Under the pieces are notes generated by a model that was given only the letters and a program-made list of their open reading frames with translations, was not told the origin of the DNA and ran no database searches. A stretch of 64,000 nt of DNA. It comes from an uncultured Chloroflexia bacterium. Its GTDB lineage: Bacteria; Chloroflexota; Limnocylindria; Limnocylindrales; CSP1-4. Shown here piece by piece: positions 10,068-22,011 of the stretch (positions are counted from its first letter, which is position 1; every line of letters starts with the position of its first letter). The DNA lies in NCBI GenBank assembly GCA_963819655.1, contig CAWFXA010000002.1:672001-736000 (forward strand), in the 5' to 3' direction. Made by a program: the position numbers and the translations under genes.

Positions 10068-10976
10068 TCATGCCGTCCAGCCTGGAGGGACGTTGTCGAT
10101 CTCCTGGAGGACGTCCAGGAAGCCCGCAACCGGGCCCGATGGCGGCCCGATGTCGCGTCGCCTGATCGCCACGATCCGACGACGGATCGGCGCCGCTCCC
10201 TCGATGTCGATCGCGCGGAGCCGACCGTTCGCCAGCTCGACGGCGACCGACGTGTGGGGCAGCAGCGCGACGCCGAGGCCCTGGCCGACCATCTGTTTCG
10301 CCGAGTCGATGTTGTCGAGCTCCATGACCCCGCCGGGCGCGACGCCTGCCTCCCGGAAGAATGCGTTCGTCAGGTCGTAGTAGCTGGACGTGCGATCGAA
10401 CAGGATGAGCCGGGCGCCCTCCAGCTCGTGGATCCCGACCGTCGTCCGGTCCCCGAACCGGTGGCTGCCTGCTGCCACGAGGACGAGCTCGTCGTCATAG
10501 AGCGGCCGCATCTCGACGTCCGGGTGGCGGAGCTCACGCACCAATCCGAGATCGATCTCGCGGCGCAGCGCCAGATCGAGGATCTCCTCCGAGTGGCCGG
10601 TCCTGACGACCAGCCGAACATTCGGGAACCGTTGCGTGTACCGGACGAGGAGCGACGGCAAGACGTACGTACTGACCGCGGGCGCGGCACCCAGGACGAG
10701 TTCGCCGGTCCCGCCGCGGCGGAGCTCCGAGAGCAGGCTCGCTCCTGCATCGAGCGCGGCCATGGCCCGCTCCGCATACGGGAGGAACGCCCGGCCCGCA
10801 TCGGTCAGATCCATCCCGTGCCGCCCGCGAACGAACAACGCTGTGCCCAGTTCCGACTCGAGCGCCTGGATCCTGGCGGTCAGAGCCGGCTGCGTCACGT
10901 GCAGTGCACCGGCGGCGCGGCTGAGATTGCGATGACGGGCGGTCTCGAGGAACCCCTCGACCTGGCTGAGGAGCAT
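10068..10976 (-). CDS. LysR-family transcriptional regulator
   Basis: NLSRAAGALHVTQPALTARIQALESELG HTH plus substrate-binding domain; divergent from isocitrate lyase. Confidence 0.95.
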   Translation of the reverse strand: MLLSQVEGFLETARHRNLSRAAGALHVTQPALTARIQALESELGTALFVRGRHGMDLTDAGRAFLPYAERAMAALDAGASLLSELRRGGTGELVLGAAPAVSTYVLPSLLVRYTQRFPNVRLVVRTGHSEEILDLALRREIDLGLVRELRHPDVEMRPLYDDELVLVAAGSHRFGDRTTVGIHELEGARLILFDRTSSYYDLTNAFFREAGVAPGGVMELDNIDSAKQMVGQGLGVALLPHTSVAVELANGRLRAIDIEGAAPIRRRIVAIRRRDIGPPSGPVAGFLDVLQEIDNVPPGWTA

Positions 10977-10997
10977 GGCTGACTGTCCTACGGGTGA

Positions 10998-11014
10998 TAT
11001 CAACGAGATTGATA
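10998..11014. promoter_or_regulatory. LysR operator (ATC-N9-GAT / T-N11-A) in the divergent promoter
   Basis: Inverted repeat TATCAA-cgaga-TTGATA in an AT-rich patch between LysR and the icl operon. Confidence 0.7.
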
Positions 11015-11110
11015 GGAAACATAACATCATTCGATTGGACTGATGGGTCAGCATCGACTAGCCTTGGCCACCTCGCTGGCCTTCCCAGCGGGCGCACCGA
11101 GGAGACCGTC

Positions 11111-11365
11111 ATGGGCCCGAACGCGATACCCACCCGCATCACGATCGACTTCCGGGACACGGCTATGCCATCGCGGACGTGGATCCTCGGCGTCGACGAG
11201 GGCGGGCCGGACCGCCTCGAGCTCATCGCCTTCGAAGGTCGTGACGTGGCGCGGCCGCCTGCCGGACGCCCGAGCGGATCGCTCCGATCAGCGGGGCCTG
11301 CGGCCGCCCTCCTCGCGGAGTGCGCCTGCCCGGACTTCTGCGAACGCGACCACGCGAACGAGTAG
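11111..11365 (+). CDS. Small protein with C-terminal CxCPxxCxxDH motif
   Basis: GGAGGAG RBS; ends [15 protein letters not shown]; immediately upstream of icl. Confidence 0.65.
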   Translation: MGPNAIPTRITIDFRDTAMPSRTWILGVDEGGPDRLELIAFEGRDVARPPAGRPSGSLRSAGPAAALLAECACPDFCERDHANE

Positions 11366-11390
11366 TCGAGCGCCAGCCGTCAACCGCCAG

Positions 11391-13697
11391 ATGCCTCCGC
11401 GCTCCGATCCGGCCACCGACGCTCGCGTCGCCGATCTGCGGGACTGGTTCGCCTCGCCACGGTTCGCCGGGATCGTCCGACTCCATACGCCTGGCGAAGT
11501 CGCCGAGCAGCAGGGGACGATCCCGCACGACTACACGATCGCTCGCGAGGCGGCCGAGGCGTTCTATGCACGTCTCCGCGACCTGTTCGAGGCGGGACGG
11601 CAGATCACGACCTTCGGGCCGTACTCACCCGGACAGGCCGTGGTGATGAAGCGGCTGGGCATCGAGGGCATCTATCTCGGCGGCTGGGCGACGTCGGCCA
11701 AGGGCTCGGCGACGGAGGACCCCGGGCCCGATCTCGCGAGCTACCCGCTGAGCCAGGTGCCGGACGAAGCCGCGGGACTCGTCCGCGCCCTGCTCGCGGC
11801 CGACCGCAACCAGCACTTCCACCGCACGCGGATGACCGATGACCAGAGGGCCGCGACCCCGATGGTCGACTTCCGGCCGTTCATCATCGCCGACGCCGAC
11901 ACCGGGCATGGCGGCGACGGGCATGTCCGCAACCTCATCCGCCGGTTCGTCGAGGCGGGCGTGCCCGGCTATCACATCGAGGACCAGAAACCGGGTGCCA
12001 AGAAGTGTGGGCATCAGGCCGGCAAAGTCCTGGTCTCGTCTGAGGAGCAGATCAAACGGCTGAATGCCGCCCGACTGCAGCTCGACATCATGGGCGTGCC
12101 CGGGATCATCGTGGCGCGGACGGACGCGGAGGCCGCGACGTTCCTCGAGGGTCGGACCGACGAACGCGACCAGCCGTTCATCCTTGGCGCGACCAATCTC
12201 GCGGTCCCGAGCTATCGCGCCGGACTGGTCGCGATCCTCGGGACGCTCGCCAGTCTCGGGCTCGAGGACGTTCGCGGCCATCTGCTGTTCGCGATCCCCG
12301 ATGGGGAGCTCACGGTCGCGACGGACTGGCTCGACCGGACCGGTCTGCTCGATCGCGCCCGACGGCTCGGCGAGGCTGCCGTCGGAGGCGATCGCGATGG
12401 GGTCCACACCACGTTGGACGCGCTCGATGACGAATACGCCGCGACATGGCAGGCCCACGCCGTCCTGCGGACCTACAGCGAGGCCGTGGCCGACATCCTG
12501 GCGACCCGGATCGCTGACGGCGAAACGTTCACGACGAGCGTCGATGCGTGGCGGACTTTCGCCCGATCGGCGTCCTTCAGCGAGATCCGCGTCGCGGCCG
12601 ACGGGCTCGGTCTTCGGGTCGCCTGGGATCCGGAACTGCCCAAGACGCCCGACGGCTATTACCAGGTCCAGGGCGGTATCGAGTACGCGATCGCCAAGTC
12701 GCTGGCGGTCGCGCCGTTCGCCGACCTGCTCTGGATGGAGACCAAGACCGCCGATCTCGAGGACGCGCGCCGATTCGCCGACGCCATCCACGCGGTGTAC
12801 CCGGACAAGATGCTGGCCTACAACCTGTCGCCGTCGTTCAACTGGGACACGACCGGGATGGGCGACGACGAGATGCGTCGCTTCCCGGAGGAGCTCGGCA
12901 AGCTCGGCTACGTCTTCGACTTCATCACCTACGGGGGCCACCAGATCGACGGGCTCGCGGCCGAGGAGTTCGCGCGAGCGCTCAATGAGGACGGGATGCT
13001 CGCGCTCGCGCGGCTGCAACGCCGGTTCCGCCTGCTTGAATCGCCATACCGGACACCGCAGTCGCTCGTCGGCGGCGACCGTCTGGATGCGGCGCTCATG
13101 GCCTCGTCCGGTCGGACGGCGGCGACCAAGGCCATGGGCAAGGCCTCGACCCAGCACCAGCATCTCGTCCAGACCGAGGTGCCGACCTCGCTGCTCGAGT
13201 CGTGGCTGGCGGTGTGGCAGGACCATTGGGACCACGACGGAGAGCTGCGGGTCGAGCTGCGGCCCCACGTCGCGGGCTCGGACCTCCTGGAGATCCGGGT
13301 CGCCGACGCGGAGGGGGCGTCCATGGCGGACGTCGTGTTCACGAGCATCGTCGATCGCCGCGGCCGGACGATCCTGTCGGTCCGCGATCAGAACACGGAC
13401 GCGACGGTCCGCCGCCGTCGCCTGATGACGCTTATCCAGCTGTTCCTCGTGCACCGCTACGGGGCCTCGTCGATCCACTACCTCACCCCGACCGACGACA
13501 ACGCCGCGCAGACGGAGCGAATGCGCGAACTCGGGTTGTTCTCGACCGTCCAGACCGAGATCGGGCAGATCATCGTCGGACAGGTCGATCGCGCGCGGGT
13601 CGCAGAGCTCGTGGCGCCGGACAGCGAAGCGTTGGGCGACCTCATCCGCACGGCCACCGGCGCGCACCGGGGCGCACCGGTCCGCGTGGGCGGCTAG
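11391..13697 (+). CDS. aceA: Isocitrate lyase, long ICL2-type with C-terminal extra domain
   Basis: [20 protein letters not shown], catalytic [30 protein letters not shown]. Confidence 0.95.
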   Translation: MPPRSDPATDARVADLRDWFASPRFAGIVRLHTPGEVAEQQGTIPHDYTIAREAAEAFYARLRDLFEAGRQITTFGPYSPGQAVVMKRLGIEGIYLGGWATSAKGSATEDPGPDLASYPLSQVPDEAAGLVRALLAADRNQHFHRTRMTDDQRAATPMVDFRPFIIADADTGHGGDGHVRNLIRRFVEAGVPGYHIEDQKPGAKKCGHQAGKVLVSSEEQIKRLNAARLQLDIMGVPGIIVARTDAEAATFLEGRTDERDQPFILGATNLAVPSYRAGLVAILGTLASLGLEDVRGHLLFAIPDGELTVATDWLDRTGLLDRARRLGEAAVGGDRDGVHTTLDALDDEYAATWQAHAVLRTYSEAVADILATRIADGETFTTSVDAWRTFARSASFSEIRVAADGLGLRVAWDPELPKTPDGYYQVQGGIEYAIAKSLAVAPFADLLWMETKTADLEDARRFADAIHAVYPDKMLAYNLSPSFNWDTTGMGDDEMRRFPEELGKLGYVFDFITYGGHQIDGLAAEEFARALNEDGMLALARLQRRFRLLESPYRTPQSLVGGDRLDAALMASSGRTAATKAMGKASTQHQHLVQTEVPTSLLESWLAVWQDHWDHDGELRVELRPHVAGSDLLEIRVADAEGASMADVVFTSIVDRRGRTILSVRDQNTDATVRRRRLMTLIQLFLVHRYGASSIHYLTPTDDNAAQTERMRELGLFSTVQTEIGQIIVGQVDRARVAELVAPDSEALGDLIRTATGAHRGAPVRVGG

Positions 13698-14519
13698 CTA
13701 GCCGGACCGCACACCCGAGGCGTACACGATGGCTGCCCGGAAATGGAGCTCGTCGGGATCAAGTGCCATCAGGCGCTCGCGGAACCGCATCAGGAACCGA
13801 CGCCGGTCGGCGCGGCCCATCTCCTCGAACAGCGTCTCCTCGTCGTACTCGGTCAGGAACGCGATGTAGCCGTCAACCGTGAATGCGTGGTCGAGCAGCG
13901 CGCGCGATGCATCGACATCACCGAAACCGGCACGCCGCAGTTCCGCCACCGCACGGTCGACCGACGGGATGTCGCCGCTCCTCGGCCGGTCCTCCTCGTC
14001 CTCGTAGCCGAACTCGGTGAGCAGCGCATCGAAGATCCGGTCCGGCGCGAACGCCCGCTCGTCGACGAGCCACGTGACGTATTCGAGGCGACCGCCCGGC
14101 CGCAACACCCGCCGGATCTCGCGCAGCGCCTTCGGTCGGCTTGCGACGAGCTGGAGCACGAACGATGACATCGCCAGGTCGAACGTGGCGTCGGCGAACG
14201 GCATGTCGGCCGCGGCTGCCACTGTGCCCGTGAAGCGTGCGCGCAGCCCGTCACCGGCCTCGGCGACGAGCGCCTCCGTCGTCGCGACCATCTCCCGTGA
14301 CGCGTCGACACCCGTCACGCGGACCGTCGGCCAGCGGGCGAGTGCCGGCCGGCTCAGGTTGCCGGTGCCGACACCGACATCGAGCAGCTCGGTCGCTCCG
14401 GCGTCGACGGCGGGAGCGACCCGGTCGAGCAGCGCGACGGCGCTCGGGGCCAGCACCGGCGCCCACCAGCGTTCGTAGCCAGCGGCGATCCGGTCGTACT
14501 TCTCAGCCTGTTCCGACAC
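13698..14519 (-). CDS. Class I SAM-dependent methyltransferase
   Basis: LLDVGVGTG, GVDAS, MPFADATFD, RVLRPGG. Confidence 0.9.
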   Translation of the reverse strand: MSEQAEKYDRIAAGYERWWAPVLAPSAVALLDRVAPAVDAGATELLDVGVGTGNLSRPALARWPTVRVTGVDASREMVATTEALVAEAGDGLRARFTGTVAAAADMPFADATFDLAMSSFVLQLVASRPKALREIRRVLRPGGRLEYVTWLVDERAFAPDRIFDALLTEFGYEDEEDRPRSGDIPSVDRAVAELRRAGFGDVDASRALLDHAFTVDGYIAFLTEYDEETLFEEMGRADRRRFLMRFRERLMALDPDELHFRAAIVYASGVRSG

Positions 14520-14563
14520 CGCCTCATCGTGCCATGCCCGCGAGGGCGGGTCAGGCCGACGGG

Positions 14564-15505
14564 TCAGCCGGGCGCCGCGACGTCTCCCCGACGCCGCCCG
14601 ATCCCGATCAGACCGAGGCGGCGCAGGATGGCGATCACGATGACGGCGAGGACGCCGATGACGACGATCAGCGGCAGCCAGACGATGGCGAACCAGATCC
14701 CCGCGGTCGTGAGCGCCTGAAGGATGTCGACCAGGCTCGCCGTGGCCTCGTCCACGACGGCAGCCGGCTCCCAGCCCTCGGCCGCGACCTGCACGGCCAC
14801 GACCGGCGTGCTGAAGCCCGCGGTCAATGTCGCATAGGACGCCTGATCCTCGAGCGCGGTCAGTTGGGCCGTGAGTTGCTCGATCTGGCCGCGCACCGCG
14901 GTCAGCTGGGCCTGGACCTCGAGCACGTCGGTGACCCGTGCTGCCTTCGCCGAGATGTCCTGGAGTGCCACCTCGCTCGCCCGCAGGTTCTTGATCCGTG
15001 CCTCGAGATCCACGACGGCGCCGGTGACCTCGACCGCGTTGGTCCTTTCGTTCATGACCTTCGTCGATGGGCCGGCGATGCCCCGGAGCAGATCGAGCGC
15101 CTCCTCCCAGCGGTCGACCGGCACGCGATAGGTGATCGTCGCGACCGGGCGGTCATCGACGTTCTCGGTCTGCGAGGCGCCGATATAGCCACCCATGCGG
15201 CGGATGCCGTCACGGGCCGCAAGGAGCGCAGCCGGGACGTCGGTGACCTGCAGCTCGATCGTGCCGGTGCGCACGATCTTGGCTTCGTCCACGAGGTTGC
15301 CGACCTCGTCGGGAGCCGACGCCGCGCTCGGGGCGGCGCTGGCTGCGGGTGCGGCCTGGCCGCCGCCGAACTCGTCTGGTGGCGAGACCGCATTCCCGAC
15401 CGTGGACAGCGTCGCGCCGCCGCCGGCGCCGGCACAGCCGGCGATCGCAACGAGCGCGACGAGGAACAGGACCGTTCGGGTGATCGATGATCGGTTCGGA
15501 CGCAT
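14564..15505 (-). CDS. DUF4349-domain lipoprotein
   Basis: Lipobox IAGC, KIVRTGTIELQV, VVDLEARIKNL coiled coil, C-terminal TM. Confidence 0.85.
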   Translation of the reverse strand: MRPNRSSITRTVLFLVALVAIAGCAGAGGGATLSTVGNAVSPPDEFGGGQAAPAASAAPSAASAPDEVGNLVDEAKIVRTGTIELQVTDVPAALLAARDGIRRMGGYIGASQTENVDDRPVATITYRVPVDRWEEALDLLRGIAGPSTKVMNERTNAVEVTGAVVDLEARIKNLRASEVALQDISAKAARVTDVLEVQAQLTAVRGQIEQLTAQLTALEDQASYATLTAGFSTPVVAVQVAAEGWEPAAVVDEATASLVDILQALTTAGIWFAIVWLPLIVVIGVLAVIVIAILRRLGLIGIGRRRGDVAAPG

Positions 15506-15706
15506 CGCGCGACCTCCTGATGCCCGGCGGCCGAGTGGTCGCGCGCGGCACCGTGCGGACGCCCGATGTCGACCAGCGGTTCCGCCACCGCACGTCAGGG
15601 GATCGCCCCACCCCGCCACATCGGGGCGCCAACGGGCGTCCAACCGCCGAGCGCCAGGATCCCGTCGTGCAGCCCGACGCCCGGCTCCAACCCCGAGGTG
15701 TGGCCC

Positions 15707-17215
15707 ATGGATCGTCGCGACGCCCGTTCCCTCGCTCGAGGCCTCCTTCTCATGGCACTCGGGATCGGTGTGCTCGGTGACATCGCGCTCGATGGGCCGG
15801 CACCCGGACTCAACGTGCCCTTGATGACGGGTGTCGTCCTGGGCCTCGCATGGATCGTCCGTCGACCGGGCCGCGCGCCGGATCCGCTCGATGCCTGGCT
15901 GCCGATCACGGCGATGGTGCTCGCCACGTTCGTGGCGATCCGTGCCGACCCCTTCGTCGCGTTGCTGGACCTGGTCGGGGTCGCGGCATTCACCGGCGCG
16001 TCGGTCGTCGCGTTCTCCGGTCTGGCGGTCACCCGGCGATCCCTGAGCGCGATCGTCGCGATCGGCGTGTGGGTCGTCGAGTCGACGCTGGCGGGCACCG
16101 CCCGCTTGCTGCGAACGGCGCGCCCGCGGCCGGGTGAGAGCCTGCCGAAAGGGCCTGCCTGGACGGGTTCGGTGCTCCGCGGGCTGGTCCTGGCCGTTCC
16201 GCTCGTGATGATCTTCGCGGCCCTTTTCGCTTCCGCGGATCCGATCTTCCGGCGCGGCATGGACGATCTGCTCGGCTTCCGCATCGATCTGGGTGATCTG
16301 CCCGGTCGGCTGATCTTCGTGGCATCGGTCGCATGGCTGGCCGGCGGCCTGCTGGCCATCTCGACGCGCGGGATCCCGGCGATGGAGGGCGCGTCGCTCG
16401 GTGCGGCGTCACGATCTGCAACGGTCGGCATCGCCAGGTCCCTGGGGACCACTGAAGCGCTGGTCGTCCTCGTCGCGGTCGACCTGATCGTCGGCCTGTT
16501 CGTGGTGCTGCAGCTGGCCTACCTGTTCGGCGGCCTCGACACGCTGGCGGCCGCGGGGATGTCGTACAGCTCGTACGCCAGGCGGGGCTATTTCGAACTC
16601 GTCGCGGCCGCGGCGCTCGCCGGCGGGATCCTGGTCGTCCTCGAATACCAGGTGCTCGCGCGGACGCGCGCCTACCTGGCATTGGCGGTCGGGTTGGTCG
16701 GGCTGACGCTCGTCGTGCTGGCGTCGGCGGTGATGCGCCTGCAGCTCTATCAGGATGCGTACGGATGGACCGAGCTGCGCCTGTACGTCGCGGTCTCGAT
16801 CGCCGCGATGGCGCTGACGCTCGGGACCATGGCCGCCTTCCTTGCGACCGACCGAACCCGCTGGCTCGGCCACGCGATGGCGGTCATCGGCGTCGTCGCG
16901 CTCGTCGGCCTGAACGTCCTCGCGCCCGCCGCGTTCGTGGCCGAGCGCAACCTCGAGAGGGTCATCGACCCGAGCCTGGTCCCGCCGGACGGCGAGGTCG
17001 CGCTCGATGCCGACTACCTGGGCGTCCTCCCGGACGACGCGATCCCGGCCCTCGTCGCCGCCCTGCCACGCCTCCCGGAGGTCGAGGCCGACAGGATCCG
17101 GCGCCTGCTCGTCGAGCGGCGGACCGAGCTGGATGCGCTCCCGGCGTACGACGGGCCGTTCGCCTGGAACCTCGGTCGTGAACGCGCGCGTGACGCGCTC
17201 GAGACGGTCCGCTGA
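15707..17215 (+). CDS. DUF4153/DUF4173 multi-pass membrane protein
   Basis: LFASADPIF, YSSYARRGYFEL, RLQLYQDAYGWTELR. Confidence 0.85.
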   Translation: MDRRDARSLARGLLLMALGIGVLGDIALDGPAPGLNVPLMTGVVLGLAWIVRRPGRAPDPLDAWLPITAMVLATFVAIRADPFVALLDLVGVAAFTGASVVAFSGLAVTRRSLSAIVAIGVWVVESTLAGTARLLRTARPRPGESLPKGPAWTGSVLRGLVLAVPLVMIFAALFASADPIFRRGMDDLLGFRIDLGDLPGRLIFVASVAWLAGGLLAISTRGIPAMEGASLGAASRSATVGIARSLGTTEALVVLVAVDLIVGLFVVLQLAYLFGGLDTLAAAGMSYSSYARRGYFELVAAAALAGGILVVLEYQVLARTRAYLALAVGLVGLTLVVLASAVMRLQLYQDAYGWTELRLYVAVSIAAMALTLGTMAAFLATDRTRWLGHAMAVIGVVALVGLNVLAPAAFVAERNLERVIDPSLVPPDGEVALDADYLGVLPDDAIPALVAALPRLPEVEADRIRRLLVERRTELDALPAYDGPFAWNLGRERARDALETVR

Positions 17216-17237
17216 CCGGCTGACCTACACTCCGGGC

Positions 17238-18331
<1,094 letters not shown>

Positions 18332-18332
<1 letters not shown>

Positions 18333-18985
18333 TGGACGCCTGCGGCTGCGACGATCGATTCTCGATCTTCGACCGGGCATCGGCCGAGGCCGACCTGCAC
18401 AGGTATCGTCGCAACGGGCCGGATCGGACCACGCGCCTCCTCCTCGACATGATCCGCGCCGAGAGCGTACGAAATGCCAGCGTGCTGGACATCGGCGGCG
18501 GGATCGGAGTCGTCGACCATGAGTTGCTCCAGGAGGGCGCGGCACAGGCGGTGCTCGTTGATGCATCCGCGCCGTCGCTCGACGCCGCCCGGGAGGAGGG
18601 CCGCCGACGGAGCCACCTCGATCGCCTCGAGACTGTCCACGGGGATTTCGTGACGCAAGCAGCTGCCATAGAACCCGCGGACATCGTCACCCTCGACCGC
18701 GTCGTGTGCTGCTACCCGGACATGCCATCGCTGGTGCGGCTGTCGGCGACGCGGGCGCGCGCCATGTACGGGCTGGTGCTGCCGCGTGATCGCGCGATCA
18801 TCCGCGTGGGCTTGCGCCTGATGAATGTCTGGTTCCGGGTCCGCGGCATGACCTACCGGGCTTTCGCCCATCCGAACGACCGCATCGACGCGATCGTCGG
18901 GGAGGCCGGCCTGCGACCCCGCTCCGAGACCCGCACGTTCTTCTGGCGGGTCGTGCTCTATGAGCGCCAGCCCGCCCGATCCTGA
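18332..18985 (+). CDS. SAM-dependent methyltransferase (BchM-like fold)
   Basis: VLDIGGGIG, DIVTLDRVVCCYPD. Confidence 0.8.
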
Positions 18986-19144
18986 GCGAAACGTGACCTT
19001 CGGCCGCTGATTCGCGGTGCGCCGGCGCCCCGTTGACGCGGCCGCTCACCGGCGAGTGGGACCTTCGTCCCATGGTGGGCCGCTCGGTGCGCGTGCCTAA
19101 AGTCGGGTATCAGGGGAGCCACCCACTCGAGGCATCGTCAAGCA

Positions 19145-20983
19145 TTGTTCGGCACACGCGCGCGACCGCCACGGCCAGTGCTTCTGATCCTGGTCTACGG
19201 CGCCTTCCTGGCGATCGTCGGGGCCGCCGCCACGGCGCAGTCCTTCCTCGTCGGTGCGCACTTCTCGACCGCGACCCTCACCGGCCTGGTCGGGAGCGAC
19301 GCGGCGACGATCCGGGCGTTCGTGAACGCCTACGTGCAGCCCGACGTCCTGTCCGGGACGGCGACACCGTCACCGGCAGACGTCGCGCGACTCGAGGCGC
19401 AGCTCGCGACCCTGCCGCGCGCCGGCGAGATCCTGCGCGTCGAGCTCCGACGGCCGGATGGCACGATCGTCGCCGCTAGCGACCCGGGCCTCCATGGCAC
19501 GGCCACCCCGGCCTCCGGCGAGTTCGACCTCGCGCGCGGTGGGACCGCCCAGGCGGCCATGGGCCCCGCCGCTGAGTCCGGTGCCGGTCCTGCCGACTTC
19601 GCGTCGCCGATGATCCTGCGGGAGTTCCTACCGCTCAAGGTGGGCAGCGAGGTCCTCGGAGTCGTGGGCGTCTGGCGAGACGCCGTCCCGATCCTCGATC
19701 GACTCGACCAGATGCGGCGCGAGATCGTGATCGTCACGCTCACGGCCGGCCTGGTCGCGGCCGGCCTCCTGTTCATCGTCTTCCGCTCGGCGCAGCTGCG
19801 ACTGACTCGACAGACGGCGGCCCTCATCGAATCGACCCGCCGCGACCCGCTGACCGAGACCCTCAACCACGGCGCTCTCGTCGCGTGGTTGGCGGAGCAG
19901 ATCGAAGGGGCGCGCGATGAGGTCAGGCCGCTCGGGATCGCGCTGATCGACATCGACAACTTCCGGCTGCTCAACGACAACCATGGCCATGAAGCCGGCG
20001 ATCAGGCGTTGCTCGCGGTCGCAGGGACGCTCCGACAGCACGTCCCTGGCGGCATCGAGATGGGACGCTACGGCCCCGACGAGTTCCTGCTCGTCGCCTC
20101 ACCGACCGCCGTCGCCGACCTCGAGCCGGTCGTCGACCGCGTCCGGACGAGCCTGGTCGACCTCAGCCTCCGGTTTGCGGAGACCGAGCGGCTGCCCATC
20201 ACGGTCAGCGTCGGGATCGCCACCTTCCCCGACCACGGCACGTCCGTCACGACCCTGCTCGCGGGCGTCGTGCGGGTCCTCGAGGAGGCGAAGGCCAGCG
20301 GCGGCGACACCGTCCGCCACGCCGCCGATCGCTCGGAGGACGACGCCGCGGCCAGCACCAGCTTCGATGTCCTGCAGGGCCTGGTCATCGCGGTCGACAC
20401 CAAGGACCGCTACACCAAGCGTCACTCCGAGGACGTCGCCCGCTACGCGACGTTCCTCGCGCGGCGGATCGACATGCCGGCGGACGAGATCCGGACCCTG
20501 GCCGTCGCTGGGCTGCTGCACGACATCGGGAAGATCGGTATCCCGGACGGGATCCTGCGCAAGCCGGGCCAGCTGACCGAAGCGGAGTACGCGATCGTGA
20601 AGCAGCACGTCGCACTCGGCGACATGATCGTCCGCGACCTGCCCGACGTCGCGGTGGTCCGGGCCGGCATCCGGCATCACCACGAACGGTGGGATGGGCA
20701 GGGCTACCTCGACCGGCTCGAAGGCGAGGCCATCCCTCTCATCGCGCGGATCCTTGCCGTGGCCGACGCCTTCTCGGCGATGACGACGACGCGCCCCTAT
20801 CGCAAGGCGCTCGACGTTCGAGAGGCCCTCGTGCGACTCGGTGACGCCGCAGGGACGCAGCTCGAGGAGCGCCTCGTCATCGCGTTCATCGATGGCATCG
20901 AGCGCGATGCCGATCCGCCGCTGCCCGGCGAGGCCGGGACCGAGCATGGCGCGCTGTGGGTCCCGAAGAGGTGGGTCGCGTGA
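19145..20983 (+). CDS. Membrane GGDEF + HD-GYP protein (c-di-GMP turnover)
   Basis: Two TMs; DPLTE, DIDNFR..ND..GH..GD, RYGPDEF; HDIGK, HHERWDGQGY. Confidence 0.92.
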   Translation: MFGTRARPPRPVLLILVYGAFLAIVGAAATAQSFLVGAHFSTATLTGLVGSDAATIRAFVNAYVQPDVLSGTATPSPADVARLEAQLATLPRAGEILRVELRRPDGTIVAASDPGLHGTATPASGEFDLARGGTAQAAMGPAAESGAGPADFASPMILREFLPLKVGSEVLGVVGVWRDAVPILDRLDQMRREIVIVTLTAGLVAAGLLFIVFRSAQLRLTRQTAALIESTRRDPLTETLNHGALVAWLAEQIEGARDEVRPLGIALIDIDNFRLLNDNHGHEAGDQALLAVAGTLRQHVPGGIEMGRYGPDEFLLVASPTAVADLEPVVDRVRTSLVDLSLRFAETERLPITVSVGIATFPDHGTSVTTLLAGVVRVLEEAKASGGDTVRHAADRSEDDAAASTSFDVLQGLVIAVDTKDRYTKRHSEDVARYATFLARRIDMPADEIRTLAVAGLLHDIGKIGIPDGILRKPGQLTEAEYAIVKQHVALGDMIVRDLPDVAVVRAGIRHHHERWDGQGYLDRLEGEAIPLIARILAVADAFSAMTTTRPYRKALDVREALVRLGDAAGTQLEERLVIAFIDGIERDADPPLPGEAGTEHGALWVPKRWVA

Positions 20984-22011
20984 GTCCCTCCTGGAAGGCG
21001 GCTGCGTCGCTCGTCGGCGCCGTGGCGATGGTCGTCACGCTCGGCGTTCAGCCCACGAACGCCGCAGTGCTGGCCACCGCCCGCAACGATTCCTATTCGG
21101 TGATGACCGGCAACCTGCTGACCGTCCCCGCCCCCGGCGTCCTGGACAACGACACGTTCGTCGTCGGGGCGGGCGCCGCCGACCTGCGTGACGACGTCAA
21201 CCATGGGTCGCTCACACTCGACGAGGACGGCGGGTTCCGGTATCAGCCGGCGAACGGGTTTGTCGGGACCGACCAGTTCAAGTACCGCATCCCGGGAGGC
21301 GTGCTGCTGCTTCTCCCGTCGAATACGGCGACGGTGACCATCACCGTGACGGCCCCGCCACCGACACCGACACCGACCCCCGCGCCCACGCCGGCGCCCA
21401 CTCCGGCGCCGACACCGGCGCCAACCGCGGCGCCGACACCGGCACCAACGCCGAAGCCCACGCCGACCCTGCCACCGCCACCGGCCGTGACCTTGCCGCC
21501 GGCGCCGACGATCGAGCCCCTCCCCACCGTCCGGCCCCTGCCGACGCTGCCGTCGCTTCCGTCCGCCTCCCCGATCTCGTCGGGGCGGCCCACGCCCACC
21601 CCGACTCCGCGACCCTCTGCCTCGGGTGAGACGCGCCCGGCATCGAACACGGATCCGTCGAACCCGCCGGCGATCGCACCGGGTGGTCCGATCGACTCCG
21701 GGGGCGGCGGGGCATCCGCCCGACCCGGATCAGACGAACCTGCTGCCCCCGTCGCAGGACCCGCGGAGCTGTTCGTCGTCCCGGCCGCCGGTTTCGAAGA
21801 TGGGCACGACTTCGACCCATCCTCGATGTCGTTCGCCGGGTTCGAATGGGCCGTCCCCGCGCTGGTCCTGACCGTGCCCGGGATCCTCATCGTCATCGCC
21901 GTGGTGGTCCAGACGATGATCGGGCTGGCCTGGCTGCCGGTCGCCCGCCGCTCGCTGGACAACGATCGGCGCCGCCGCCGTTCGGGTCTCGCCGCAGTCA
22001 GCTCTCGCTGA
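20980..22011 (+). CDS. Surface protein: signal peptide, Ig/cadherin-like domain, Pro/Thr linker, C-terminal TM anchor
   Basis: ARNDSY..APGVLDND..DGGFRYQP..GFVGTDQFKY; (PAPT)n repeat; TM followed by a basic tail. Confidence 0.8.
   Translation: MSPSWKAAASLVGAVAMVVTLGVQPTNAAVLATARNDSYSVMTGNLLTVPAPGVLDNDTFVVGAGAADLRDDVNHGSLTLDEDGGFRYQPANGFVGTDQFKYRIPGGVLLLLPSNTATVTITVTAPPPTPTPTPAPTPAPTPAPTPAPTAAPTPAPTPKPTPTLPPPPAVTLPPAPTIEPLPTVRPLPTLPSLPSASPISSGRPTPTPTPRPSASGETRPASNTDPSNPPAIAPGGPIDSGGGGASARPGSDEPAAPVAGPAELFVVPAAGFEDGHDFDPSSMSFAGFEWAVPALVLTVPGILIVIAVVVQTMIGLAWLPVARRSLDNDRRRRRSGLAAVSSR

Noticed and set aside
11625-13667. Long antisense ORFs (also 33983-35374, 46524-47993, 62968-63954)
   Set aside because: Shadow ORFs typical of high-GC coding DNA; no recognisable motifs.
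21355-21480. Tandem DNA repeat
   Set aside because: It simply encodes the (PAPT)n protein linker.
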